A DNA stretch of 41,162 nucleotides from the IMG/VR virus record IMGVR_UViG_3300045580_000267, positions 1-41,162 of that record, one strand, 5' to 3'. The translations under genes were made by a program, and so were the position numbers. The notes under the pieces are model-generated. The model worked only from the letters and a program-made list of their open reading frames with translations, searched no databases and had not been told where the DNA came from. This document shows positions 22,392-32,717 of this stretch, piece after piece; the stretch's first letter is position 1, and every line of letters starts with the position of its first letter. Source of the stretch: a virus. Taxonomy: Duplodnaviria; Caudoviricetes.

Positions 22392-25300
22392 TATCTCCCG
22401 ACCTTGCTTTCCTGTGCTGCTCGGCCAGTGATCATGCCGCGCGCCGCGTCGATGCTGCCCAGCGGTTCGACCTGACCGGACCACCAGTCGTAGCCGTAGT
22501 AGATCGGCCGCGCAGCGCCAGCCGCTGATGCGGCAACGCTTGACCCAAGGCCCAGCAGGGTCAGGATGCCACGGATGTCGGACCCCCTGACCTCATCCTC
22601 GGTAGACAGGATGGACTCGGTCACGTTGGCCACGGCCTTGACGCCGCGCTCGATGGCGGTGACCGAGGGGTTGCTCATCATGCGGTCGTCGTAGGTCTTG
22701 TCGTTGAACGCGTTGAAGCCAGCCATGATCGACGGCCCGAAGCCCGGGATCATCGCGGTTGCGCCGCGCATCTGGCTACCGAAGACGTATTGCATCGCGT
22801 CGATTGCAAAGCCGTCGTCTTCGTCGTCCTCCTCGTCCCACGACCCGGCAAACGACTTCGCGATGGCGTCGCCAACCAGCATCGGCAAGCCGAAGCCCAA
22901 CATGTACATCATGTAGGTCCGGCCGCTGAAGAACATGCCGCCGCGCATCTCGCGCCACAACTTCGTGAAGTTGGCCGCGTTCAGGTTGGCCATCATGTTG
23001 AAGTAGTTGCTGAACTGGAACAGCGCCTTCTGGAATGGCGTGCCCACTTCGTAGGATGCGATGTCCTCGGCCTCGAGGCTGCTCTGCGTCTGCCGCACGG
23101 CGGCGTCGGCCACCGCGACGGCCTCCTTCACGGAGTCTGCGTCCGACAGGTCGGCCTTGCGCTTCGACATCTCATCGTTGAAGGCGGCATCCCAAACAGC
23201 CGAGTCGATGAAGTTCTGGAATGCCTTCTGAAGGAAGTACCCGTGGGCCTTCGCCCACTCGTTCACCTTCTGGTACTTGTTTGGCTGCAGGAGCACGCGA
23301 TCAATCTGCGTCTTGGTGTCGTGGATCTCCGACGTGAAGCGGATGTCCATGAACTTGCTGTGGTTGGCAATCGCCTTTGCATCAACCTGACGCGTCGCGA
23401 CTCGCCACACAGACCGCGCCAGCTTGGCCGGAGGAACCTTGGTCGCCGCGATCATGAGGCCCGTGAGGCTCTGCACCGAGTTGCTGATGTTGGCGAACAT
23501 GATCGACAGGCCCGCGTTGTTGCGCAGGGCAGACCAGAACGAGTCGATGATCTCGCTCGATCCAGCCTTCGAGGTCGACTGACGCGCGCAGCGGTTCAGC
23601 CACGGGATCAGGACTTCCTTGTAGGCGGTGGGATCGATCCTGTTGAGCCGGTCACGGAACTCCGGCCTGTTGATGATCTTGAGCGTGTTGTTCAGCGTCG
23701 GCTCAACAAGCGAGAACTTCACGACGTCATCAACGTGCTTGACCATCAGGCCCAAGTCCATCGAGAGGGGCTTGTTGTACTCAACGCGCTCCTCCGTGAA
23801 CCCACTCTCGGTGGCCGGGAGAGCGTACTTGAAGTCGGCAAGCACCTCGGCCATCTCGGCCTTGCTGTCCACGTTGTAGTCGAGGGAGCGGTCGGTCTTG
23901 GCCGGGTAGTACCCACCTCGGAAGGTCTTCTTGGTGCCGTCAGCAAACGTGACCTCGAAGGGCAGCGCCTGCACCTCGGTGAATCGATACCCGAAACGCT
24001 CGTAGTGAGCCTTCTGGGCCATAGGCTTCATGTCCTCACACAGGTCCCAGACCTTCTGGACAAAGTCGAAGTGCTGCTCCGTCAGGACGCCATCGTCGAT
24101 CAGCTTCTGGATGAACGCATCCCACGCCGAAGAGTCGATGGTGCCGTCCGCGCGCTCAACACCCCAACGCTGGCCCTTGCGCGGCCCAACCTTGACCTCT
24201 CGGCCAAGGAAGAACTTGCGCCTGTTGCTTGCGTTGCCCATGTGGAGCAGCGCGCCAACAACTTCGAGCACGCCGAAGCCGCCGTTGCCGGACCCGAACG
24301 TGTAGCCAACTGAGTTGGTGGCGTCGATGGTCCCCCTCTTGACGGGGAGCTCCTTCATGTACTGCATGAGCTTCTTGGTGAGCTCGTTGCGCTTCAGCTT
24401 GTACTCGCTGAGGGCTTCACGCACAGGACGCCAGATGAAGTTGGTGAACGACGGCCCCATGATGTCGCACCACGTCTCCACGCGCGTCATCTGGGCTCGC
24501 AGCTTGAGGAGCTTGTCGACGGACCGCTCCCAGTACGTCCTCGCCGCGATCTCGCCCGGGATTACCTCGCGGTCGCCGAACTTCTGCATGTCGCCAAGCA
24601 GGTTGGCCGTGATGTCAACGAGCTCAACAAGCCGGTCGCCAATCTTGATCACGTTCTCGCGCCGGGACTCGTGCCACAGCTCCTCAACAAGCTCGACCAT
24701 CTGGTTGAACTCGTTCACGGTGAGGTCCTTGTACGACTTGCCCGACTTGGCGGACGCGGCCACCGCATCCATAACCTGCACAAGCATTGCAGGGTCCATC
24801 TGCTGCGCTTCCTTGATCCAGAAGTCGGCGTCGACGCCGCGCTCGCCAAGACCGTAGTAGGTCAGGATGGCGCGGCCAGCGTTGACGAGGACCATGTTGC
24901 GGGACTTCGCAAGCGTCGGGTCTTGCTTGAAGAACTTGGTCAGGTTGTCAATCTTGGATTCGATGTTCTCTCGGATGTCGATGGCTTCCTTCGTCATCGC
25001 GCCTTGCACCAACTGCTGGCGCTTGGCCTCGATGACAGCGGCCATGTTCTTGTCGGCCATGGCGTCCATCGCGCGCTTGGCTGCGCGTGCCTCGGCAAGG
25101 TCGTAATCGCGTGTGCGCATAACCGACCTGACGCTGCGCCTGCTCAAGATGGACTTCGCGGCCTGCTTTGCTGCGGCCGTCATGATGCGCAGCGGAGACG
25201 TCGACCGCTCAACCATCTTGAGTTCAGCCGCTACGAAGCGCGTGCGCGCCTCGTTGTGGAGGGCCTTCTGCACAGCCAACGTGCGCTGCGCTTCATCGAC

Positions 25301-28300
25301 AAGGTCCCCGTGCTCGGTCAGCATGCGCTGATCGGTGCGATAGTCGACCTCCTCCTCAAACGGACGGGCCGCAAGAAGCGCGCGCAGGAACGCCGCGCCG
25401 TTCTCGAAGCCGAAGAGCTCCTTCGCGACCGTGTCGGGGTCCATGCCCTCCTTGCCAAGGACGCCAGAAATGTGGTGCGTGCCCAGCTTTTTGATAATGT
25501 CCGGGTCATCGGGGAAGTACTCCCTGACCGCATCAATCGACAGGCGCGGCTTCTTGTCGATGCTGGGCACTTCATCCCCAGCCAGCGCGGCCTCGGGGGA
25601 GATCTCAACCTCGGCGGAAACGGTGCCGTACCGGAACCACATCAAGGCGCGGTAGATGGGCTCGTTGAGCACCTTCTTACGCACCTCCTCGCGCACAACC
25701 GCGCGCTGGGCGTCGTGCTTCTTCTGGATCTCTTTAAGGTGGCGGCTTGTGGCGCGGCTTACCCACTGGAGGTTGCGCATCGAGCGATTCGTGAGCTGGA
25801 GGACGGCCTCCTGCTTCTGCTCTTCGTCAAGCGCCTGCAGCTCCTCCCACTCGTCCTTGCTGATCCCGGCCTCCTTGGCCTGCTCAAGCGTCATGAACAG
25901 CGGCGCAAGGCCGCGCACGGCGAGAGCACGCTGGATCTGCTCCTCCGACGCGATGAGGCGCATCATCACGCCCTCGACCTCGGGCGTCAGTGCGGGCAAG
26001 TCCTTGTTGAACTCCTCGCGGTACGCTTGGTTGAGCGTCGCCTTGATGTCGTTGTAGCAGTTGATGATCCAACGCCTGAACCGATCAAACAGGCTTTCCA
26101 TCTCCTTGCTCGGAGACTTGCCCTCGTGGACGAACAGCTCCCAGTTGTAGGCCCACGCCTCGTGGTACGGCCGCTGCTCGTCGACCGACATGCTGTTCCA
26201 CTTCTCGACGCGCCCAGCCTCATCCAAGTCCGGGTCGAACTGCATGCCCTGAGACTCGAACCAGTTCAGGAGCACCATCGCGTCGGTGCGCGTCTCAATG
26301 TCCGCTCCCGGGTTGCCTGCCGTCAGCATCAGGACGTGCAGGAAGTGGTGCGACATCTCGTGGAGGAAGGTCGAGAAGTTTCCTTCCTCGTATAAGAAGG
26401 CCGTGAAGTCGCGCGGCCTGTAGGTCCCAAGGACCGTGGGCGCGTTCAGTTCGGCCGCTGGCTCTGCGCCGATTCCGGCTGCTGCGCCTTGGGCGAACTC
26501 TGCGCCGGGCTCTGCTGCGGCCCTTGGTTCGACGGTTCGTTCGACCGGCTCGTTGAGTATTGCATCGACGTTGCTTTCGACGACCCAGTTGGCCCAGTCC
26601 CGTAGACTAATGAGCCGTTGCTGAGAGGGTGATCCGGGGGCAGCGGCTCCCCCAGCTTGCGGTGCGGCAGAATCTGTGCGGGCATAGTCCTTACCTTTCT
26701 CGGGCATCGCGTTGAAGACGTCCATCGTCCTCACGGTGAACTTCTCGTCCAACGCAGCAGCAATCGTATTCGCCATCGTCGTCAGGTCAACCGGGGAACT
26801 TGAGTCTCGCCCGATGAGCATGTAGTTGCCGATGGTCGAACTGCCGATGGCGATGCGGTTTCCGTTGACCTCAAGCGCGTAAAGTTTTTCGTTGAGATCG
26901 CGGACCTGCTCGGCCGTGAAGCCCTCCGGCAGGCCGATTTCGACCGCGCCCGACTGCGACCCGCCACTGAAGTTGGTTGTGGACATGATCCACATCCCCT
27001 GCTGCTGCAGCAGGTCCCCGAGAACGCCAGCAAAAGCTACCGACACGGATGGGTCGCTCAGGACCACGGCGAACGAGGGATTTGTTGCTCCCTTCCACGC
27101 GCCCATCTGATCGACAACTGCGCCGTCGACGCCGAACTCGCGCAGGACCTGCGGGACGACCGTGTTAATCACGGCTTTGCTTACCATGTAGCGCGCCGTG
27201 TCCGACAGCGTGTTCCATCGCGCTGTGAGCTCGGCGTTGTCCGGGTCGGGCGCAACCTCCACGCTGATCTGGGGCAGGTCGCGGCTGAACACGAACGGGG
27301 ACGAGCTGGGGAGTCGCGGGGCAACAGGGGTCGCCGTCTCAAGGGCGGCGGACGCGTCGCGCGAAGGGCCCTCGTAGGTGGAGCCAACGTTCGCATCGAA
27401 CTTCGAGCTCTCCCACGCGAGCTTGGCGAAGCCGTTGTAGAGATCGCTTATTTGCGTGCGAGCGTCTGCCTGCGTGAGCTTGCCTTCCTTGTGCAAAGCC
27501 CAAACCTTTTCGGCCTTGGTAAACAAGTCGCGCGGGGTCTCAACGGCAACGATCTGATCATGCTTCTCTTGAGTGATCTTTCCATCGGCAAGATCCTTTG
27601 CCGCCTGTGCCATCTTCGCGCGTGCTCGAGTTGATGCGGTCTTCTGCTTGTCCTCAAAAAGCACGCGCACCATTTCCCACGTGATCGACTGCATCTCGCG
27701 AGGGAGGATGCCGCGAGATGCAGCGGCCTGCCTGTAGGCTTCTTGCAGGTACGGGTACAAACCAAGCAAGCCAGTTTCTACGGAGGTTGCTCCGCCCTGT
27801 CCGCCCCACGCTTGGTTGACGTACTGATGAGTCGCCGCCAAAGGAAGCAAGTAAGCGGCGGCGACGGCGTGAGTGTCGATGGTTACGTGGCCGAACCTGC
27901 TGTAGGGAGCGAAGAGGTTGTTGTAGAAGTTGCGCACCTTGTGCGCGTTGCCAAGCTGGCGCGAGATGTTTTCTCGGCTTCCATCCGCGTAGACGGACAC
28001 GGCCTTGATGATGGCCGTGTAGGACTTCCAGCGGATCTTGTTCTTGACGAGCTTTACGAAGCCGCCCTCCGGCGAAAGGATTGGCGTGCGCGGATCGTTG
28101 TAGGCTTGATCGTAAAGGCGCGCATAGATGCCAGCGGACACGTAGTCCTTGGCGTCGAGCAGGTCGCGCATTGATTTGCCGCGCAGATCATCAAGCGTGC
28201 GCTTCAGCTTCTTTGCCGACTTGGCTGCGTGAAGACCCCACATCTTCTCCATCTTCTCGTCGAAGACGTGGTCCTTCTTTGCGTGAAGCACATCAAGGAT

Positions 28301-31300
28301 GCGCTCGGCCATCGACATGTTTTCAAACCAGTTGGCCTGCGGCGACAAAACCGCAATCGCTGCGGCGGTCTGCATTGGCGACATCCCGTAGCGCACAGCC
28401 CACTTGTCGGCGTACTTCTGACCGCCGTCGTACCACAGCTTGGCGCGCTCGCGCAGTTTCGGATCCATGCCGTCGTACAGCCACAGCAGGTTGTCGACAA
28501 CGTGGGCGATGTACTTCTGGGCGATCTCTTTTTCAGTCAGTCCTTCGGGAAGGTGGAGGAACGGGAAGTTGCGAATGGTTTCGACGTTTTTGGTAAACGC
28601 CTTGGCGTCATCAAAAGCGGCTTCGATGCTCGTCGTGTACATCGTCATGACCGGGTTCTCGATCACGCTCTTTTTTCTCCCGCTTGGGAGGCGCGTCGAG
28701 AGCTCGCCAGTCCACGGAACAGCGTTGGCTGGCATGCCAAGAATCTTCGTGAGCTGAAGATTGTCAGAGCCAAACGTAACGATGACATCGTCAATGCTCG
28801 GCAGATCGAGCATGTGGTACGGAGGGAATCGGTCGAGAGCTTCTTGAGGGATGTCCTTGTGGGCCTCGACAAGACGCGCCTCGGCCTCGCCGTAGAGGCG
28901 TTGGTACATCTTGAACTGGGCCTGATCTTTGGCGAAGCGGATCTCGGGGCCGTGATCGTACTTGTTGTAGACCGCGTTGATGAGCTCCTCGACCTGCGTC
29001 CCAAGCCGCCTCACCGACACCTGAGAAACCTGATCGTCAGAAGTGAAGACAAACGCAGGATCATCAACAGCCGCAGCGATTGCCTTTTTGCGGTTAGGCA
29101 TCGACGGGCTCATGACAAGAGAGAAGAACGCGCGGCGCACGTTGCGCACGGTCGCATCAATATCTTTCTGCGTCATGCGGCCTTGCTTTGTGGCAAGGGC
29201 ATCAATCTCCGCAAGCACATCAAACGGCCACTGCTCAGGATCGTAGGTGGTGGTGGCGTCAGGCATTCCCAAAAGACGCCACAGCGCATTGTTTGCAGTT
29301 ATGAGTACTTCTTGACGCTGCTCGAGAGTTCCATCAGTTCTTGTGGCATCGGCCAGCAAGTTGTTCAGCATCTCGTGCGCGCTCGGGAACTCGACATCGT
29401 CAAGCGATGAGATCTTGCTCGCGAGGTAGTCGCTCTTGACGTATTTCTGGATCAGGTACTTCCAGTTGCCCTTGATCCTGACGCCGCCACTTCTGGCCTT
29501 GCCCCAATACCCGGTCTGTGGGTTGTATACGTGGCCGGTCTTGACGTTGAGCCACCGCAAGAACTCGCGCGAGTCGATGTCCTGCTCAGGCAACGACAGC
29601 ACCTTGCGCTTTCCAACTTGAACTTTGCCAGTCAGCTTCGCAATGCGATAGAACGCGTGCGAAAACTCCCTGTGGTAGGCGTTTGGGTTGTAAGCGGCCG
29701 CAACATCCGGCTGCCCGCCCTCGGCAAACTTTTCGACTTGCTGAATCGCGTGCTGCAGCTCGTGCAGGATGATGGAACGCGCTTCGTCCAAGCTAACATT
29801 GGGAGCAACGGCAATAACTGAGTTGGGCAAGTCTGCCGCAGAAAGATACTCGTCTCTTGCATCGACTACGCCCATCATCAACACCTCAAGCGGGCGAGAA
29901 GAGAAGAATCCCTTCGTCCTGCCATCCGGGTTGAGGCTGTCCGGCACCATGATGACCTTGATGTCGCGCAAGGCCGGGTATGCCGCGAACAGCTTTTTAT
30001 GCTGCATGATGTCGTCGAGCCTGACATCGGACGCTTCTGGGTCGGCATCGTCCAAGTTGTCGACGCCTTGCAGATCGGCCATCTTGGCGCGATGCAGCAT
30101 GCCCCAAGTGATGTCGAAGAAGTGGACCGAATGAAGGTTGGATGGGACGACAATCTTGGCGTCTGCGTCAGTGATCTCGAGTCGCCACTTGCCGTCCGGT
30201 CCCTTGAACCAACCCGTAGCAGCCTTCGTCTCCTCGGCGGTTGCTCCCTTTGTGTCGAGCTCCTGCGCCTGAGTCAGCCGCATCTCTTGAGATGGAGTTG
30301 CCCCCTGTGAGCCGATGAAGTGGCGGAACTCAGACCCGGCCTCTTCAACAACCTCTTCGCGCATGCTCGCGTAGCGAATCTGGGAGGGGCTGAAGGCGAT
30401 GATGGTGCGGTTGCCAGCCTCGCCAACAACCAGCCCGTCAAAGCCTCGGGACCGCAGGCCGTCCACGTAAGCGCGCTGGGCCTTGGCTGGGTTCTCGGCC
30501 TTCGTCACGGCCTCAGGCAGCTCGGTGACGACCATCGGATTCTTGATGGAAGCGTAGACCTGACGCGTAACCGATGGACCCTGTCCGGGCTGCGCGGTGG
30601 GGCGAGCCTCAGCCATGACGACGCCGCCACGGTATGGACGGACCTCTCCCTCCTTGGGCATCTGCACGTAAAAGCGCGTCGGAGCTCCGTCCGGCCCGGC
30701 GAGCTTGCTTGAGCCAAACCACGCCTTGAACTCCTCAGTGTCCACTCGGCGCTCGCCCTGCTCGGTGAAGTCTTCGGCCTTTTCGGCGACCTTGCCGCGC
30801 ACGCCGAAGGTCAGTTGGTACTGCTTGTGGTACTCGTAGGGGTCCTTCTTGAGGCGAGCGGCCTGCACGACAACAAAGTTGCGGTACAGGGTTCCAAGAG
30901 CGCGCGCCTGACGAGGCTGTACGCGACTGGTCGAGCTTACGTTCTCGACAAACTCGTCCAGCACCTTCTGCGCGCTGTCGAGGAACTGCTCCCGGCCCTG
31001 CTCGGTTTGTTGAATGGCCTTCTCGGCCGCAGCCTCAAGTTTTTCTGACGCCTGCTTGAGTTGCTGCGCCTGAAAGTAGCTTTCTTCGCCCGGATCAAAC
31101 CGAACATGCTCAGTAAGAGCCTGCTGCAAATCGGTGCGCTGGATGCGGCTCAGGAGATGAGCACTTGGGATCACAACATCGGATCCCGACTCGGCCAAGG
31201 AGTTGAGGTCGGCCGTCACCGACTCCTTGAACGTTTCGACAAACTCGGCGTGCGGCACCTTCAGGCCGTCAAGAACCGTGAGAAGATCTTTGGCGTCGAT

Positions 31301-32716
31301 GTAGGCGTTCTCCCCGCCATAGGTCTTGGTTTGCTTGAGTAAGAACTCCTCGTGGTCTTTGGGAGAGCGAAGCTGGACCGGGTTCTTGGTTGCCTCGATA
31401 ATCTTTTCGAGGTTCTCTTTGCGCACGGTCGCATCAACCGCCTTGCGACTGTCTACAAACAAACGGAACGCCGGTCCCGGCAAACCAAGGACCGACATGC
31501 CCATGACGCTCTTGGTCATGACCTCGGTGATGCGCGAAGCCATCTCCTTGATCCCCTCCAAGGAGCTGAAGCGAGAGTCGAGGTCTTCGCGTGAGGTGCG
31601 CGCGATTTCGTCGCCGACAATCTGAGCGACTTCCTGCAGAGCTTCAGTACCTGCTTCACCCAAGCTCGACTTGGCGTAGTTGATGCCAAAGTCTTTCCAA
31701 GCGCGACCAGTAGTTTTTGAGGTGACGGCTTTTGTTACCTGAGCCTGCAGCTCCTTCCTGAAGATGCCCTTGGCCCACGAAGTCGCGAGCTTTGCACCGA
31801 ATACCTCAAGAGCGCCAGCGGCGATACCAATGCCAAGCGCGGAAGCGGCAGAAGTTTCCGGGTCGTAACCCTGTTCGATCATGTCGCCGTAGGCGTTGCC
31901 GCCCTCGACCATGGCCGAATGCGCAAAAATGGCTGCGCCAGCACCGCCTGCGGCGCTGAAGATTGACCCCGGGCCAGTTACCGCGCCAGCGGCCCAGCCA
32001 ACCGCAGCGCCGCCAAGCACAACGGGAAGAGCATCGCGCAACTGCCCAGCAATCTCGATGGCGGACGGCAAAAAGCCCTGCACCGGGCCAATCTCGCGCA
32101 TTTCGCGTTCAACTTGCTTGAGCCTGATCTGATCCTCAGGGGTCGCAATGTTTGCAGCCATCTTGGCGTAGATCAGGCCGCGATCATCGATAAGACGACC
32201 AGCCCTCCACGCGTCAGTCCACGACTTCCACAGCCCTTCCTCGCTTCCCAGTTGCTCAATGGAGTCGTGGGCAATGCGAGCAAAAAGTGGATTCTCAAAA
32301 GCCTCTCGAAGAACTGGATTCGCGGCCAGCGTTCTGCTGTTGATAGCTTCGCGCTCATCGTAAATCTTCTTGAGCACGTCAAAGTTGTCGAGCGCCGAAG
32401 ACTCTGGCACACCAAGGCCAGTCGCAATGCTGCGCGCCTTTGCAACCTTGTTTGGGTCAAACTGCATGGCATCGCGCATTGCCATGACTCGATCACGCTC
32501 GTTCTGCTGCTCAATCTCGAGGCGCATGGCCTTGAAGGAGGCGAGGCTGGCTTGGCGCTGCTCCTCTGAGATCGCCTTTGTTGGGTCCTGAGTACCAAGT
32601 GGCCCTTGCGCTTCAGGCCGAGCGATCTGGTCGAACATGGTCGGCCGATCAAGCTGCTGGCGGATCTGGTCCTGATTCGGGGCAAACCCACCAGTCATCA
32701 TGTCGCTTGGTTCCAT
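22391..32716 (-). CDS. Large polyvalent internal virion (ejection) protein, 3441 aa
   Basis: Last of three internal virion genes after the tail tubes. Contains ART-PolyVal-like FKAWFGSSK, LPD23-like TGWFKGPDGKWRLEI...AYPAL...HELQHAIQ, a VTIDTH domain and a second zincin motif FLHEMSH. Confidence 0.85.
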   Translation of the reverse strand: MEPSDMMTGGFAPNQDQIRQQLDRPTMFDQIARPEAQGPLGTQDPTKAISEEQRQASLASFKAMRLEIEQQNERDRVMAMRDAMQFDPNKVAKARSIATGLGVPESSALDNFDVLKKIYDEREAINSRTLAANPVLREAFENPLFARIAHDSIEQLGSEEGLWKSWTDAWRAGRLIDDRGLIYAKMAANIATPEDQIRLKQVEREMREIGPVQGFLPSAIEIAGQLRDALPVVLGGAAVGWAAGAVTGPGSIFSAAGGAGAAIFAHSAMVEGGNAYGDMIEQGYDPETSAASALGIGIAAGALEVFGAKLATSWAKGIFRKELQAQVTKAVTSKTTGRAWKDFGINYAKSSLGEAGTEALQEVAQIVGDEIARTSREDLDSRFSSLEGIKEMASRITEVMTKSVMGMSVLGLPGPAFRLFVDSRKAVDATVRKENLEKIIEATKNPVQLRSPKDHEEFLLKQTKTYGGENAYIDAKDLLTVLDGLKVPHAEFVETFKESVTADLNSLAESGSDVVIPSAHLLSRIQRTDLQQALTEHVRFDPGEESYFQAQQLKQASEKLEAAAEKAIQQTEQGREQFLDSAQKVLDEFVENVSSTSRVQPRQARALGTLYRNFVVVQAARLKKDPYEYHKQYQLTFGVRGKVAEKAEDFTEQGERRVDTEEFKAWFGSSKLAGPDGAPTRFYVQMPKEGEVRPYRGGVVMAEARPTAQPGQGPSVTRQVYASIKNPMVVTELPEAVTKAENPAKAQRAYVDGLRSRGFDGLVVGEAGNRTIIAFSPSQIRYASMREEVVEEAGSEFRHFIGSQGATPSQEMRLTQAQELDTKGATAEETKAATGWFKGPDGKWRLEITDADAKIVVPSNLHSVHFFDITWGMLHRAKMADLQGVDNLDDADPEASDVRLDDIMQHKKLFAAYPALRDIKVIMVPDSLNPDGRTKGFFSSRPLEVLMMGVVDARDEYLSAADLPNSVIAVAPNVSLDEARSIILHELQHAIQQVEKFAEGGQPDVAAAYNPNAYHREFSHAFYRIAKLTGKVQVGKRKVLSLPEQDIDSREFLRWLNVKTGHVYNPQTGYWGKARSGGVRIKGNWKYLIQKYVKSDYLASKISSLDDVEFPSAHEMLNNLLADATRTDGTLEQRQEVLITANNALWRLLGMPDATTTYDPEQWPFDVLAEIDALATKQGRMTQKDIDATVRNVRRAFFSLVMSPSMPNRKKAIAAAVDDPAFVFTSDDQVSQVSVRRLGTQVEELINAVYNKYDHGPEIRFAKDQAQFKMYQRLYGEAEARLVEAHKDIPQEALDRFPPYHMLDLPSIDDVIVTFGSDNLQLTKILGMPANAVPWTGELSTRLPSGRKKSVIENPVMTMYTTSIEAAFDDAKAFTKNVETIRNFPFLHLPEGLTEKEIAQKYIAHVVDNLLWLYDGMDPKLRERAKLWYDGGQKYADKWAVRYGMSPMQTAAAIAVLSPQANWFENMSMAERILDVLHAKKDHVFDEKMEKMWGLHAAKSAKKLKRTLDDLRGKSMRDLLDAKDYVSAGIYARLYDQAYNDPRTPILSPEGGFVKLVKNKIRWKSYTAIIKAVSVYADGSRENISRQLGNAHKVRNFYNNLFAPYSRFGHVTIDTHAVAAAYLLPLAATHQYVNQAWGGQGGATSVETGLLGLYPYLQEAYRQAAASRGILPREMQSITWEMVRVLFEDKQKTASTRARAKMAQAAKDLADGKITQEKHDQIVAVETPRDLFTKAEKVWALHKEGKLTQADARTQISDLYNGFAKLAWESSKFDANVGSTYEGPSRDASAALETATPVAPRLPSSSPFVFSRDLPQISVEVAPDPDNAELTARWNTLSDTARYMVSKAVINTVVPQVLREFGVDGAVVDQMGAWKGATNPSFAVVLSDPSVSVAFAGVLGDLLQQQGMWIMSTTNFSGGSQSGAVEIGLPEGFTAEQVRDLNEKLYALEVNGNRIAIGSSTIGNYMLIGRDSSSPVDLTTMANTIAAALDEKFTVRTMDVFNAMPEKGKDYARTDSAAPQAGGAAAPGSPSQQRLISLRDWANWVVESNVDAILNEPVERTVEPRAAAEPGAEFAQGAAAGIGAEPAAELNAPTVLGTYRPRDFTAFLYEEGNFSTFLHEMSHHFLHVLMLTAGNPGADIETRTDAMVLLNWFESQGMQFDPDLDEAGRVEKWNSMSVDEQRPYHEAWAYNWELFVHEGKSPSKEMESLFDRFRRWIINCYNDIKATLNQAYREEFNKDLPALTPEVEGVMMRLIASEEQIQRALAVRGLAPLFMTLEQAKEAGISKDEWEELQALDEEQKQEAVLQLTNRSMRNLQWVSRATSRHLKEIQKKHDAQRAVVREEVRKKVLNEPIYRALMWFRYGTVSAEVEISPEAALAGDEVPSIDKKPRLSIDAVREYFPDDPDIIKKLGTHHISGVLGKEGMDPDTVAKELFGFENGAAFLRALLAARPFEEEVDYRTDQRMLTEHGDLVDEAQRTLAVQKALHNEARTRFVAAELKMVERSTSPLRIMTAAAKQAAKSILSRRSVRSVMRTRDYDLAEARAAKRAMDAMADKNMAAVIEAKRQQLVQGAMTKEAIDIRENIESKIDNLTKFFKQDPTLAKSRNMVLVNAGRAILTYYGLGERGVDADFWIKEAQQMDPAMLVQVMDAVAASAKSGKSYKDLTVNEFNQMVELVEELWHESRRENVIKIGDRLVELVDITANLLGDMQKFGDREVIPGEIAARTYWERSVDKLLKLRAQMTRVETWCDIMGPSFTNFIWRPVREALSEYKLKRNELTKKLMQYMKELPVKRGTIDATNSVGYTFGSGNGGFGVLEVVGALLHMGNASNRRKFFLGREVKVGPRKGQRWGVERADGTIDSSAWDAFIQKLIDDGVLTEQHFDFVQKVWDLCEDMKPMAQKAHYERFGYRFTEVQALPFEVTFADGTKKTFRGGYYPAKTDRSLDYNVDSKAEMAEVLADFKYALPATESGFTEERVEYNKPLSMDLGLMVKHVDDVVKFSLVEPTLNNTLKIINRPEFRDRLNRIDPTAYKEVLIPWLNRCARQSTSKAGSSEIIDSFWSALRNNAGLSIMFANISNSVQSLTGLMIAATKVPPAKLARSVWRVATRQVDAKAIANHSKFMDIRFTSEIHDTKTQIDRVLLQPNKYQKVNEWAKAHGYFLQKAFQNFIDSAVWDAAFNDEMSKRKADLSDADSVKEAVAVADAAVRQTQSSLEAEDIASYEVGTPFQKALFQFSNYFNMMANLNAANFTKLWREMRGGMFFSGRTYMMYMLGFGLPMLVGDAIAKSFAGSWDEEDDEDDGFAIDAMQYVFGSQMRGATAMIPGFGPSIMAGFNAFNDKTYDDRMMSNPSVTAIERGVKAVANVTESILSTEDEVRGSDIRGILTLLGLGSSVAASAAGAARPIYYGYDWWSGQVEPLGSIDAARGMITGRAAQESKVGR

Positions 32717-32717
32717 G

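Noticed and set aside
22790-26395. Long plus-strand ORFs (507 aa, 574 aa; also 4256..5527, 28229..29410, 36724..37860)
   Set aside because: Antisense shadows of high-GC genes with no recognisable motifs.
27824-27850. CTGATGAG hammerhead-like core
   Set aside because: No closing GAAAC or stem III; lies antisense within the giant ORF.
30908-30940. CTGACGAG hammerhead-like core on the plus strand
   Set aside because: No stem II followed by GAAA and no flanking stems; antisense to a coding region.
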